Source: a bacterium
GTDB taxonomy: Bacteria > Zhuqueibacterota > Zhuqueibacteria > Oceanimicrobiales > Oceanimicrobiaceae
Reading direction: 5' to 3'
Assembly (NCBI GenBank): GCA_046758365.1
Contig: JBHIAC010000017.1
Location: 1-37,755, forward strand
DNA: 37,755 bases
Every line of letters begins with the position of its first letter. Position 1 is the stretch's first letter. The notes beneath the pieces are model-generated. The model ran no database searches. It saw only the letters and a program-made list of their open reading frames with translations, and was not told where the DNA came from. Of this stretch, positions 26,253 through 35,640 are shown one piece after another. Both the position numbers and the translations under genes were made by a program.

Positions 26253-27953
26253 ATGCAGACAATAATTAATACATTTGAGCTACTAATTTTTTTTCTTATT
26301 TTTGGGGGATGTGGTCTATCTGAAAACGATAATGATAGTTCATTAAATGCAATTATTTTTACCGATATCACAGAGCGTGTCCAGTTGAACTTTTTGCACG
26401 ATCCAGGGGTCGATAGTAGCTATTTTATGCCGGAGAGTATTGGTTCCGGAGGTGCATTTCTTGACTACGACAATGATGGCGATCTCGACATTTATTTGGT
26501 GAATGGTGCGCAGCACGGTAAAAAGAGATTTAATGCCCCACCTTTGAGAAATCACCTATTCCGTCAGGAGCGGGATGGAACCTTCGTTGATGTCACCGAA
26601 GCTTCTGGTTTGGGTGATACAGGTTACGGTATGGGCGTTGCTGTTGGTGATATCGATAATGATGGCGATGTTGATGTCTACGTCACAAACTATGGTTACG
26701 ATGCGCTCTACCGCAACAACGGCGATCGTACATTTACCAATATTTCGAAACTGGCCGGGATTGGCAACCCGCACTGGGGATGTTCCGTTATTTTCTTTGA
26801 TTATAACCTTGATAACTATTTGGATATTTACGTGACAAACTATGTGGCTTATAATCCCTTGGATGTTTGTATGGACAAAGCTGGCCGTCGGGATTATTGT
26901 GGACCCGATGGTTTTTCAGGGGTGCCAGATGTGCTTTATCGCAATAATGGCGATGGTACGTTTACTGATATATCCGTCACCTCCGGTATTGCCAAGGGTT
27001 CAGCGAAAGGACTCGGGATAATAAGTGCCGACTTTAATGGAGATCATTATCCCGATCTCTACGTGGCCAATGATGGCGAGCCTAATCATCTGTGGATGAA
27101 TCAGCGCGACGGTACTTTTCAGGATCAGGGGCTGTTGTTGGGAGCGGCGCTAAACGAGCTGGGACGTGCAGAAGCAGGTATGGGTATTGCATTGGGAGAT
27201 GTGGAAAACGATAATGATTTCGATTTGTTCATAACTCATTTGCGAAGGGAAAGCAACACGTTTTATCGGAATGCTGGAGAGTACGGCTTTCAGGACGATA
27301 CTTCACCAGCGGGTTTGGCTGGACCCAGTATGGCCTATACCGGCTTCGGCACTGGTTTTTTTGATTACGATCACGATGGAGACCTTGATCTTGCGGTAGT
27401 TAATGGTCGAGTAACGCGAGGGCCTCTTTTGACGAACCATGATCCTCCCAACTATTGGGATTATTACGCTGAACCCAATTTTCTATTTGAAAACCTGGGA
27501 CATGGAAGTTTTCGCGAGGTAAGCGATAGGGCACCGGCTTACCATAGCAAAATTGAAAACAGTCGTGGGTTGGCCTTCGGTGATGTAGACAATGATGGGG
27601 ATATTGATTTGTTGGTCACGAACGAGGGAGGCCTAGCAAGGCTTTTTCGTAATGACGTGAAGGAAAAGGGGCATTGGCTTATTATTCGAGCCATTGATCC
27701 AATCCTGCAACGTGATGCCCTCGGTGCAAAGATTACGGTTCTGGTCGCGGGTAGGCGACTAAATCGACTCATCGCTCCTGGCTACAGCTTTCTCTGCAGT
27801 AATGATCCACGGGTACATTTTGGCCTGGGAACAGCAAGCGCTGTTGACCAAATCATAGTCCAGTGGCCGGACGGGACCGAGGAGACTTTTCCTGGGATTG
27901 AGGCAGATCGAATAATTACACTAAAGAAAGGTCAAGTCGGAATGACGGATTGA
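26253..27953 (+). CDS. CRTAC1-family protein (FG-GAP/VCBS repeats plus ASPIC-UnbV domain), lipoprotein
   Basis: Repeated DxDNDGDxD motifs, C-terminal VHFGLG...WPDG, and lipobox FGGC. Confidence 0.92.
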   Translation: MQTIINTFELLIFFLIFGGCGLSENDNDSSLNAIIFTDITERVQLNFLHDPGVDSSYFMPESIGSGGAFLDYDNDGDLDIYLVNGAQHGKKRFNAPPLRNHLFRQERDGTFVDVTEASGLGDTGYGMGVAVGDIDNDGDVDVYVTNYGYDALYRNNGDRTFTNISKLAGIGNPHWGCSVIFFDYNLDNYLDIYVTNYVAYNPLDVCMDKAGRRDYCGPDGFSGVPDVLYRNNGDGTFTDISVTSGIAKGSAKGLGIISADFNGDHYPDLYVANDGEPNHLWMNQRDGTFQDQGLLLGAALNELGRAEAGMGIALGDVENDNDFDLFITHLRRESNTFYRNAGEYGFQDDTSPAGLAGPSMAYTGFGTGFFDYDHDGDLDLAVVNGRVTRGPLLTNHDPPNYWDYYAEPNFLFENLGHGSFREVSDRAPAYHSKIENSRGLAFGDVDNDGDIDLLVTNEGGLARLFRNDVKEKGHWLIIRAIDPILQRDALGAKITVLVAGRRLNRLIAPGYSFLCSNDPRVHFGLGTASAVDQIIVQWPDGTEETFPGIEADRIITLKKGQVGMTD

Positions 27954-27957
27954 TACT

Positions 27958-29520
27958 ATGGTACAGAAATCAAACAATCCTTTAAGGCCGCATGGCCTTA
28001 ATCAACCTTCCTCAAAAACCTTTGTATTAGCAGGTGAGAGTGTTGACGGCTCCAAGCGTTTCGCTAAAAAATGGCCATTGCTCATTATTCTAACTTTAGT
28101 CTGCATTTTTGTGATTATAAGTATATTAACATACAAAATCATATTTTCACCTCAATCCTCTTTGGAATTGTTACCGGATCCTGACTTGAGCGGCATGGAG
28201 GAGCAGGTTGCCAAAAAGATTCAAACCCTACGCATGGAAGTCGAGAAAAATCCTACCTCTGCTACGGCCTGGGGTAAGTTGGCAATGAATCTCGACATAC
28301 ATGACCTGAAAAATGAATCTGTTCCATGCTACAAGCAAGCCGCAGCAATAGACGCAACCGATTTTCGCTGGCCATACTATTGTGCTATCGTTCTATATGA
28401 AATGGGATCCCGCGATGCACTAGAATGGTTTGAACGCAGTCGTTCCTTGAAGCCCAACTATGTACCGCTGCATGTGCGACTTGGTCAGGCATTATTCGAT
28501 GCGGGACGCTTAGAGGAGTCTTCACATGAGTTTAAGCGCGCGATAGCTGCTGATCAAAATACCTCGCATGCCTACCTCGGTCTTGCCCAAATTTCGCTCT
28601 CTCAGGGTGATTTGCAAAACAGCCGTCAATTTTTGCAAAAAGCGTTAGAGATTAATCCACAGCATAGAGAGGTTCATGGACTTATGGCCGCAGTGTATCG
28701 GCGGCTTAACAAAAAAGAAAAGGCGACAAATGAACTGCTTTTGGCACAGCAACTACCAAAGATAACACCAGTGGTCGATTCGGTATATAAAAAATTAGAA
28801 GCCGAGGGTGTCAGCGCGTTGTGGTACCGAGATCGTGGAATAACTTATTTTGGAAAAGGTTTATATGAGGAGGCCATCCGCGAATTTCAGATGGCCCTGC
28901 AGTTCAAGCCGGATCCAAGGGGTCACAACTACGTAGGGGATTTGTTATATAAGCTCAAAAGATATGACGAAGCAGCCAGTCATTATCGCGCAGCTATTGC
29001 CATGAATCCTAATTACTATCTAGCCTTAAATAATTTAGGGCAAACTCTCTTTGAAATGGATCAAGTCGCGGAAGCAATACAATGGGTTAAAAAGTCACTT
29101 CGGCTCAACCCAAGATTACCAGACGCTTATATCAACCTCGGTACCTTTTACAGGCAATCGGCCCGTACAGCGGAGGCAATTGCAATTTTACGCCGAGGAC
29201 TGAAAGCTATTCGGAATTTCCCCCCCATTGCCTTATCACTAGCCCGACTGCTGGCTACTACCTCGGAGGATGAATTTCGCAACGGGACAGAAGCATTACG
29301 TCTGGCAAAATTTGTTTGTGAAAAGACAAATTTTCAGAATACCGAAGCACTAGACGTCCTGGCAACAGCGTATGCCGAGACGGGACAATTTGATAGAGCC
29401 ATGCGCACCGCTCAGGAAGCCCTTGGTTTAATAGACCCAACTCGTCAAAAAGAATTGGCCGCTCAAATTCAATCCCACCTCAAATTATTCAAATCAAATA
29501 AGCCGTACCGGGATGAATAG
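27958..29520 (+). CDS. Membrane-anchored tetratricopeptide repeat protein
   Basis: N-terminal TM helix, many TPR-pattern repeats, and C-terminal LDVLATAYAETGQF. Confidence 0.9.
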   Translation: MVQKSNNPLRPHGLNQPSSKTFVLAGESVDGSKRFAKKWPLLIILTLVCIFVIISILTYKIIFSPQSSLELLPDPDLSGMEEQVAKKIQTLRMEVEKNPTSATAWGKLAMNLDIHDLKNESVPCYKQAAAIDATDFRWPYYCAIVLYEMGSRDALEWFERSRSLKPNYVPLHVRLGQALFDAGRLEESSHEFKRAIAADQNTSHAYLGLAQISLSQGDLQNSRQFLQKALEINPQHREVHGLMAAVYRRLNKKEKATNELLLAQQLPKITPVVDSVYKKLEAEGVSALWYRDRGITYFGKGLYEEAIREFQMALQFKPDPRGHNYVGDLLYKLKRYDEAASHYRAAIAMNPNYYLALNNLGQTLFEMDQVAEAIQWVKKSLRLNPRLPDAYINLGTFYRQSARTAEAIAILRRGLKAIRNFPPIALSLARLLATTSEDEFRNGTEALRLAKFVCEKTNFQNTEALDVLATAYAETGQFDRAMRTAQEALGLIDPTRQKELAAQIQSHLKLFKSNKPYRDE

Positions 29521-29542
29521 ATATCAATTTCCAAGTGCGAGT

Positions 29543-31555
29543 TTACTGTATACGGGAGTTTCCTGATTTTTGGACTTCTTTAATAATTTCAAACGCTGCT
29601 TTTCTTTGTTTTTTTTGCAGCGAAACCGTGTCGGTGACGGTAACTAATAATTCATAATTTCCAGGTGTTAAATTTGAGACATCGATTTCGAAATGTTCCT
29701 TCGAGGTCCTATAGGGGGAATCAAAATTGAAGGATAATGAAATACTTTCTTTCTTACTTTTCTTTTTACCTTTGATCTTGACAGCTTCAAAATCGATTAC
29801 AAAGTGTGCCCTACCATCTGGTTTAAAATAAAGATGATAAATTTCCAAATAGATTTTCAGTAAATCTGATGCCCAAATTTTATGACTTGGAACCACCGGG
29901 AAAGGTAAACGATCATTCTGCGATTCATTTGGCATGTTTACCCCTATAATCAAATCACTTAACTCAAGCATTTCAGTTGAGGTAGACAGAGGTGAAGTTC
30001 TTGATATCTTTTTTTTGCCAATACCAATTACCTGAGGAGAGACTTCAGGCTGACTTAACTGTGCTAAATCGGGCTTGTTCGTTTCTAAGTTAAACACTTC
30101 AGCAAAAAGCAAATATTCATATTGATTTTCTTCATGGGGCAAAATAAAAGTAGATGTGTTATCATACCCAGTCGGTACTGACTCGGTTAACCGCTGAATT
30201 TCTTTCTTATTTTTATCATGTACAATCAAAGTGTTGGTAACAGAATATTCGGTTACTATTTTATTTGCAGTTGGATGGAGAAATTTAATTTTTATTTTGG
30301 GATATGATAAAGTTATTAAAGCGAGCATGGGCTTATTTTTGTCATCCAAAAATCGAAACGGATGAATCACTAATTCTACCTCTGAGACAGTTTCATCAAA
30401 ATTAGATTTATCTGGTGGAGCAAATGCATTAGCTTGGTAAACTCTATCGACACCCTCAAAAAACAGTCTTTTGCTCCTAACAGTATTGTTGAATCGAAGC
30501 ATTGCGCTGGCTCCACCCCTGTCTAACGCATTCCACTGAGATTCCAAATCGTAGAATCGATCTTCAAAGTAGGGGTGCAAATGCGTTAATTCGCTGTAAT
30601 ACACAGACTGCAATATAGCGCCGGGCAAGACGCCAGAGGAATACCTTGTAGTGGCCCGAATAAAGGCGCGATCAGGTATCAAATCTTCTACCCCATTTCT
30701 CAATCCAAACGATCCAACTCCTTCGAGGTTACCAAACAGATAAAAAATGGGTTCATCCGAATTTAATGAATGATAGAACCAGATTTCATATTCGGGCAAA
30801 TTGTTAAATCGGTCAACCGCTTCTAAAAGCAAAGTCTGCTGAACGGCTCTATTTCTCATGGCAGCGCCGACTGGGCTAACTATGTTATCTAAAACAACAT
30901 CTGACCATCTCTTCAACACGGCCCGATTCGTGCCTAAAACTCCGGTTCTTTTACGCTCCGGCTTGCCATATTTAACGTATATTAGCCCTCTATCGTCTGT
31001 ACGATAAGCCGTAGTGTTTGCCTTTCTGAAGTTTTTACGAGCATAAGCTATACGCTCCCAATGTTCTAGTAACCGCTCGTTGATTTCTGTGGAGGGTGTT
31101 GGGTCTTTTTCTAACCAAAAGGATTTTATCCTCTCATATAATAATGGATCACTTTGCTGCCATAACAAACGCCATTCTTTATATTGTTTTTTATCCAGCA
31201 AGGGGCCTATTCTTGCCATTTCTTTTTCAATATCCTTTTTGAATTCAGTCAAATTGTTCTGAGAAAGCCCCCAAAAGTACATATCGCAAGCTAACTCATA
31301 ATACTGGGTTAATTTTTGTTCTGTGGCTAATTCTATAAATGCAATTCCAATTCTTGGGTCAGATATTCCCTGTTGCTGCAATATTTGTCTGCCTGCTAAC
31401 CAGGTATCGAGTGCTTGAATCCAATCTCCGCTATTTTTGTACTCTAAACCCTTTTTGTAAAAATCATATTGCGCACTAAAAGATGTGTAGCCCAATAGTT
31501 CAAAGCTGGAAGCCAAGACAATGAAGAATAAGAGGTATTGTAAGTAATTACGCAT
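29543..31555 (-). CDS. GWxTD domain-containing protein
   Basis: FWLEKDPTPSTEINE, RIAYARKNF, TDDRGLIYVKYGKP, EIWFY, and Ig-like C-terminus. Confidence 0.85.
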   Translation of the reverse strand: MRNYLQYLLFFIVLASSFELLGYTSFSAQYDFYKKGLEYKNSGDWIQALDTWLAGRQILQQQGISDPRIGIAFIELATEQKLTQYYELACDMYFWGLSQNNLTEFKKDIEKEMARIGPLLDKKQYKEWRLLWQQSDPLLYERIKSFWLEKDPTPSTEINERLLEHWERIAYARKNFRKANTTAYRTDDRGLIYVKYGKPERKRTGVLGTNRAVLKRWSDVVLDNIVSPVGAAMRNRAVQQTLLLEAVDRFNNLPEYEIWFYHSLNSDEPIFYLFGNLEGVGSFGLRNGVEDLIPDRAFIRATTRYSSGVLPGAILQSVYYSELTHLHPYFEDRFYDLESQWNALDRGGASAMLRFNNTVRSKRLFFEGVDRVYQANAFAPPDKSNFDETVSEVELVIHPFRFLDDKNKPMLALITLSYPKIKIKFLHPTANKIVTEYSVTNTLIVHDKNKKEIQRLTESVPTGYDNTSTFILPHEENQYEYLLFAEVFNLETNKPDLAQLSQPEVSPQVIGIGKKKISRTSPLSTSTEMLELSDLIIGVNMPNESQNDRLPFPVVPSHKIWASDLLKIYLEIYHLYFKPDGRAHFVIDFEAVKIKGKKKSKKESISLSFNFDSPYRTSKEHFEIDVSNLTPGNYELLVTVTDTVSLQKKQRKAAFEIIKEVQKSGNSRIQ

Positions 31556-31653
31556 TTGCTTTTAAGGAAGTTTTCAACAAAACTTTTTGGATAGAGGAAT
31601 CGAAGTCAAACTATATATTAATACGACTATGGATATAATATAGTTTCTGTTAT

Positions 31654-31682
31654 ATAATACAAATATATAAGAAAAATGTCAA
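31654..31682 (-). promoter_or_regulatory. Sigma70 promoter for the GWxTD gene
   Basis: Minus strand reads TTGACA-17-TATTAT. Confidence 0.7.
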
Positions 31683-31770
31683 GATTTACTTTGATAGGCT
31701 TGAGCTAATTCATTATTATACAAAATTGATTGATGATATATGTAATTATAGATATCGGAAGTTTTACTAG

Positions 31771-31881
31771 AAAGTTAACCTAACCCCGATAATTCCTGCG
31801 GTGCATAAGGGGGTGAGAAAAAATAAGGGGGTGAGATTTAATAGTTGAGAAGGTTAGCTTTTTAAACCAAAGTCATGAATT
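31771..31881. mobile_element. MITE-like remnant with an internal 14-bp direct repeat
   Basis: AAAGTTAACCT...AGGTTAGCTTT inverted pair; ATAAGGGGGTGAGA at 31805-31818 and 31823-31836. Confidence 0.45.
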
Positions 31882-31903
31882 TTGTACAACAGAATTTCTC
31901 AAA

Positions 31904-32042
31904 CAGATTGTGCAACAATCTGCCTAAAATTAATGCAAATTATTGCACAAAGCGTCTTCCTGGCTATCATATTTAATCTTCTTAATTCTTTGTTTAAATT
32001 TAAGTTAAATTAATCATTCTTCTATATGGCATAAAAGTTGCA
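31904..32042 (+). promoter_or_regulatory. Sigma54 -24/-12 promoter with candidate upstream activator sites
   Basis: TGGCAT-AAAAG-TTGCA at 32027-32042; palindromes CAGATTG-N5-CAATCTG (31904-31922) and TGCA-N6-TGCA (31934-31947). Confidence 0.75.
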
Positions 32043-32131
32043 AATAGATAAAACCGGAAAAGTTTATAGATATTATTTTTTCCATTTTTAGAAATTAATT
32101 ATTTTCTAACTAATTTAAAGGAGGAGAGAAT

Positions 32132-35100
32132 ATGAGATGCAAATATCTTTTAACAGCTTTATTCTGTATTTTGATTTTTGCTCCTTATGTGGTCTTTGCC
32201 CAGGAAGCAACGATTACAGGAACGGTAACGGATGAAGCTGGCGAACCTCTGCCTGGTGCAAACGTCCTAATCCAGTTGACCAATTTAGGTGCGGCCACGG
32301 ACACAGATGGGAAGTATGAATTTGTTATACCCGCATCAAGCGTGCGAGGGCAAGAAGTCACCATGGAGGCCAGATTTATTGGCTATCACTCCAAAACTGA
32401 AAAGGTTGTGTTAGCACCGGGTTCCATTACTATGGATTTTGCCCTATCTGAAGATGTTCTGGATATGGATGCCATCATTGTCACCGGGGTTGTCGAAGAA
32501 ACACCCAGAACGAAGATGGCCTTTACGGTTGGTAGAGTGAGCCAGGAGGCTCTAGAACAAGTACCGTCTATTTCTGCCGAGAGCACCCTACGCGGTAAGG
32601 TAGCTGGTGTTAAAGTTGTTCGGGCAAGTGGTGAACCAGGTACGTCCGCCTCGGTGCAGTTGCGAGCACCAACCAGTATTGATGCTACCAATAGATCTCA
32701 GGATCCGCTCTACATTATAGATGGTGTCATTATCGATCCCTCGATTTCTGGGAGTCCTTTAACCGACATCAACTCCGATGATATTGTAAGTATAGAAGTG
32801 GTTAAGGGAGCTGCTGGGGCTTCGCTTTACGGTTCAAGAGCCGCCAATGGTGTCATTAATATTACAACGAATCGGGGCAGAAACCTGGCGTTAAACCAAA
32901 CGCGCATTAAAGTCCGCAATGAGTTTGGGATTAATGGACTTGAGAGAAAGATTGCTTTGGCCAAACACCATTATTTCAAGATTCACGAAGGCACCGATTC
33001 CTATACGGATGCCAACGGCATAAAGGTTACTCCCGGCGACTTTATCGACGCAGACGGCAACTTTATTGACCCTCGTCAAGTTGGTCAACGGATTCCAGAT
33101 AGGTATACGGATGATCCTCAGGGCTCTCAGATATATTTCTCAGATAATCCGTATAAATGGATTGGTACAGGAGATATTCCCATTGATCCAGTAACCAAAT
33201 TGCCAATAATCGATTCAGCCACCGGTCAGCCTAAAGGGTTAAGACCCTTACCTGGTGGGCAAACCTTCGATCACATGGATCGGTATTTCGATCCCGGCAA
33301 CTTCTTCCAGAATTCAATTTCTGTTAGTAGGAATATGGAAAAAACCAATTTCAATGTCACTTTTAACAATTATATACAGGACGGTGTTATTAAAGGGCTG
33401 AGTGGCTTTGATCGTAAGAGTATTCGTTTTTCTTTGGATCATAAGTTTCGCAGAGATCTGACCCTTTCTGTGACCGGATACTTCAGTACGACGGATCGGG
33501 ACGATGTTTCTGCGGGTCCCGGTTCCCCGTTCTTTGGCTTAACGTTTATGGGCGGGGATGCGGATTTAACCGCGACCCATACTGAGACAGGCCCAACCTT
33601 AGAATTTCCGGATGGGATACCTCCAGACCAACAAGGTGAACTTTTCATCCAACCGGATCAAAATGCAGATAGGGATAATCCTCTTTACGAAATCCAGAAA
33701 AATAAACGTAAAAACAAGCGTGAGCGGGCTATGGGTAGCCTGTCCATGAGCTATCGACCCTTTGATTGGTTTAAAATTGAAGGTAATTTCAGTTATGATC
33801 GTTCAAACCGCGAATTTAACCGATTTTGGCCCATAGGGTTCCAAACTATTGACGTGACCTCTGTTAACGATGGTCGATACCGGAAACTCCCTTCATTTGA
33901 TCAGGCCATGAACGGTAATATCACGGCATCTTTCCAACGGGCGTTTTTAAATAATGAACTGACGGTGAGAGCGAAAGCAAGAGCCCTTTTCGAGAGGACC
34001 GAATTCCAAAATACTGATGCACAAGGGACTAAATTGGCTGTGAGAGGCGTAGAAGATTTGAGCATTGCTGATAAGGATCAGTTGATCATCAATTCCCAAA
34101 TAGAACAGGTGCGCTCAGAAGGCTACTCCTTCATCGCTGGCTTCGATTTTCGGGATAGATATATTGCTGATTTCCTGGTTCGTCGGGATGGTAGCTCGTT
34201 GTTTGGCCCTGACGAGAGATGGAATGGCTACTATCGTTTAAGCGGAGCTTACCGCCTTTCTCAGGAACCCTGGTGGTTCACGGATAAAATAGAGGAATTT
34301 AAGGTGCGGGCTTCATATGGTACTGCCGGCGGTCGTCCTAACTTTTTCGCTCGCTTTGAAACCTGGAGTGTTAGTGCCGGCGCTGTTTCTAAAGAGAACC
34401 TGGGTAACACGGAACTGAAACCCGAGTTTGCCAAAGAATTAGAAATTGGTGTGGACATGGCATTTCTGAACCGATTCTCTTTAGAGGTAACCCGCGCGAA
34501 ATCAACGGTCGAGAATCAAATCCTGTTTGTGCCGTTAGCCTCCTACTTTGGTTATGAACATCAGTGGCAAAACGCTGGCACTCTGGAAACAAGTACCTGG
34601 GAAATCAGTTTGCAGTCTTCGCTCTTACGCAGGAGCGACATGAGTTGGACCTTTGGTATTAACTTCGACCGTACGCGTCAAAGGATTACAAAGTTAGATG
34701 TGCCTGCTTACGTTTTCGACCCGCCAGGCACGCAAGGCCTCACGGTCTTTTACATCAAGGAAGGCGAAGAATTTGGCGCATTATATGGACATCGATATAT
34801 CCAGGATAAGAATGATTTGTTACCCCAAGGCGTAACTTCGAGTGAGTTAAACCAGTTTCAGGTCAACGACGATGGCTATGTGGTTTGGGTTGGTGACGGC
34901 AACAGCTATACAGACGGTATCAGTAAAAAACTGTGGGGTACTAGCAGTGATCCCCTCTCAAATGGGAGAAGTTATGAGTGGGGTAACCCAATTAGATGGG
35001 AAGACGAAACAGGCAGCGAATTTACTAAAATTGGCAGCATCGTTCCCGACTTCAATTTTAGCGTTTCCAGTAACTTTCAATGGAAAGGCTTCTCAGTTTA

Positions 35101-35548
35101 TGCCTTGTTGGACGCACAAATTGGAGGAGACATTTACAGCGAGACCGGTCAGTGGGGCTTCAGTGAATTCACCATTGCTGAAAATGATCAGGCCGGGAAG
35201 CCTGAGGGACTGAAAAAACCTACGCTTTATTACAGCCGACTGTACAGTACCCTCACCCCCAACAGCCATTTTGTAGATACCGGCGAATATCTTAAGGTGC
35301 GTGAATTATCGGTGCGCTACTCCTTTAATCGCAGCCAGCTAAGTGGAATTTTTGGCGGTATCTTGAATAAGCTTACCATTGGCGTTGTTGGTCGTAACTT
35401 GTTTACCTTCACCGGTTATCATCAAGGCTATGATCCTGAAGTTGGGATAACAGGCGGTGATGGCGGCTCTGCGGTATTGTCAAGAGTTGATGCTTTTCGT
35501 TATCCAAACTTTAGGAGTTTCACTGGTGTTCTTGAGTTTGAGTTTTAA
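32132..35548 (+). CDS. susC: SusC/RagA-family TonB-linked outer membrane protein
   Basis: PLYIIDGV, DIVSIEVVKGAAGASLYGSRAANGVINITT, RRDGSSLFG, GYDPE, C-terminal Phe, and GGAGG RBS. Confidence 0.95.
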   Translation: MRCKYLLTALFCILIFAPYVVFAQEATITGTVTDEAGEPLPGANVLIQLTNLGAATDTDGKYEFVIPASSVRGQEVTMEARFIGYHSKTEKVVLAPGSITMDFALSEDVLDMDAIIVTGVVEETPRTKMAFTVGRVSQEALEQVPSISAESTLRGKVAGVKVVRASGEPGTSASVQLRAPTSIDATNRSQDPLYIIDGVIIDPSISGSPLTDINSDDIVSIEVVKGAAGASLYGSRAANGVINITTNRGRNLALNQTRIKVRNEFGINGLERKIALAKHHYFKIHEGTDSYTDANGIKVTPGDFIDADGNFIDPRQVGQRIPDRYTDDPQGSQIYFSDNPYKWIGTGDIPIDPVTKLPIIDSATGQPKGLRPLPGGQTFDHMDRYFDPGNFFQNSISVSRNMEKTNFNVTFNNYIQDGVIKGLSGFDRKSIRFSLDHKFRRDLTLSVTGYFSTTDRDDVSAGPGSPFFGLTFMGGDADLTATHTETGPTLEFPDGIPPDQQGELFIQPDQNADRDNPLYEIQKNKRKNKRERAMGSLSMSYRPFDWFKIEGNFSYDRSNREFNRFWPIGFQTIDVTSVNDGRYRKLPSFDQAMNGNITASFQRAFLNNELTVRAKARALFERTEFQNTDAQGTKLAVRGVEDLSIADKDQLIINSQIEQVRSEGYSFIAGFDFRDRYIADFLVRRDGSSLFGPDERWNGYYRLSGAYRLSQEPWWFTDKIEEFKVRASYGTAGGRPNFFARFETWSVSAGAVSKENLGNTELKPEFAKELEIGVDMAFLNRFSLEVTRAKSTVENQILFVPLASYFGYEHQWQNAGTLETSTWEISLQSSLLRRSDMSWTFGINFDRTRQRITKLDVPAYVFDPPGTQGLTVFYIKEGEEFGALYGHRYIQDKNDLLPQGVTSSELNQFQVNDDGYVVWVGDGNSYTDGISKKLWGTSSDPLSNGRSYEWGNPIRWEDETGSEFTKIGSIVPDFNFSVSSNFQWKGFSVYALLDAQIGGDIYSETGQWGFSEFTIAENDQAGKPEGLKKPTLYYSRLYSTLTPNSHFVDTGEYLKVRELSVRYSFNRSQLSGIFGGILNKLTIGVVGRNLFTFTGYHQGYDPEVGITGGDGGSAVLSRVDAFRYPNFRSFTGVLEFEF

Positions 35549-35573
35549 TGCGTTTGTTTATCTAAAACTAATA

Positions 35574-35605
35574 ATTCTGAGGGCCGAATAATTGGCCCTC
35601 AGAAT
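35574..35605. other. Intercistronic stem-loop between susC and susD
   Basis: ATTCTGAGGGCC/GGCCCTCAGAAT 12-bp stem with no U-tract. Confidence 0.65.
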
Positions 35606-35640
35606 CTCTAACTTATTTAATTCAGTGAATAGGAGGACTT

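Noticed and set aside
31805..31836. Direct repeats as a possible CRISPR or iteron array
   Set aside because: Only two 14-bp units with a 4-nt gap, no spacers, and no cas or rep genes.
35574..35605. Terminator between susC and susD
   Set aside because: It has no U-tract and lies inside a likely operon, so an mRNA stability or processing hairpin is more likely.
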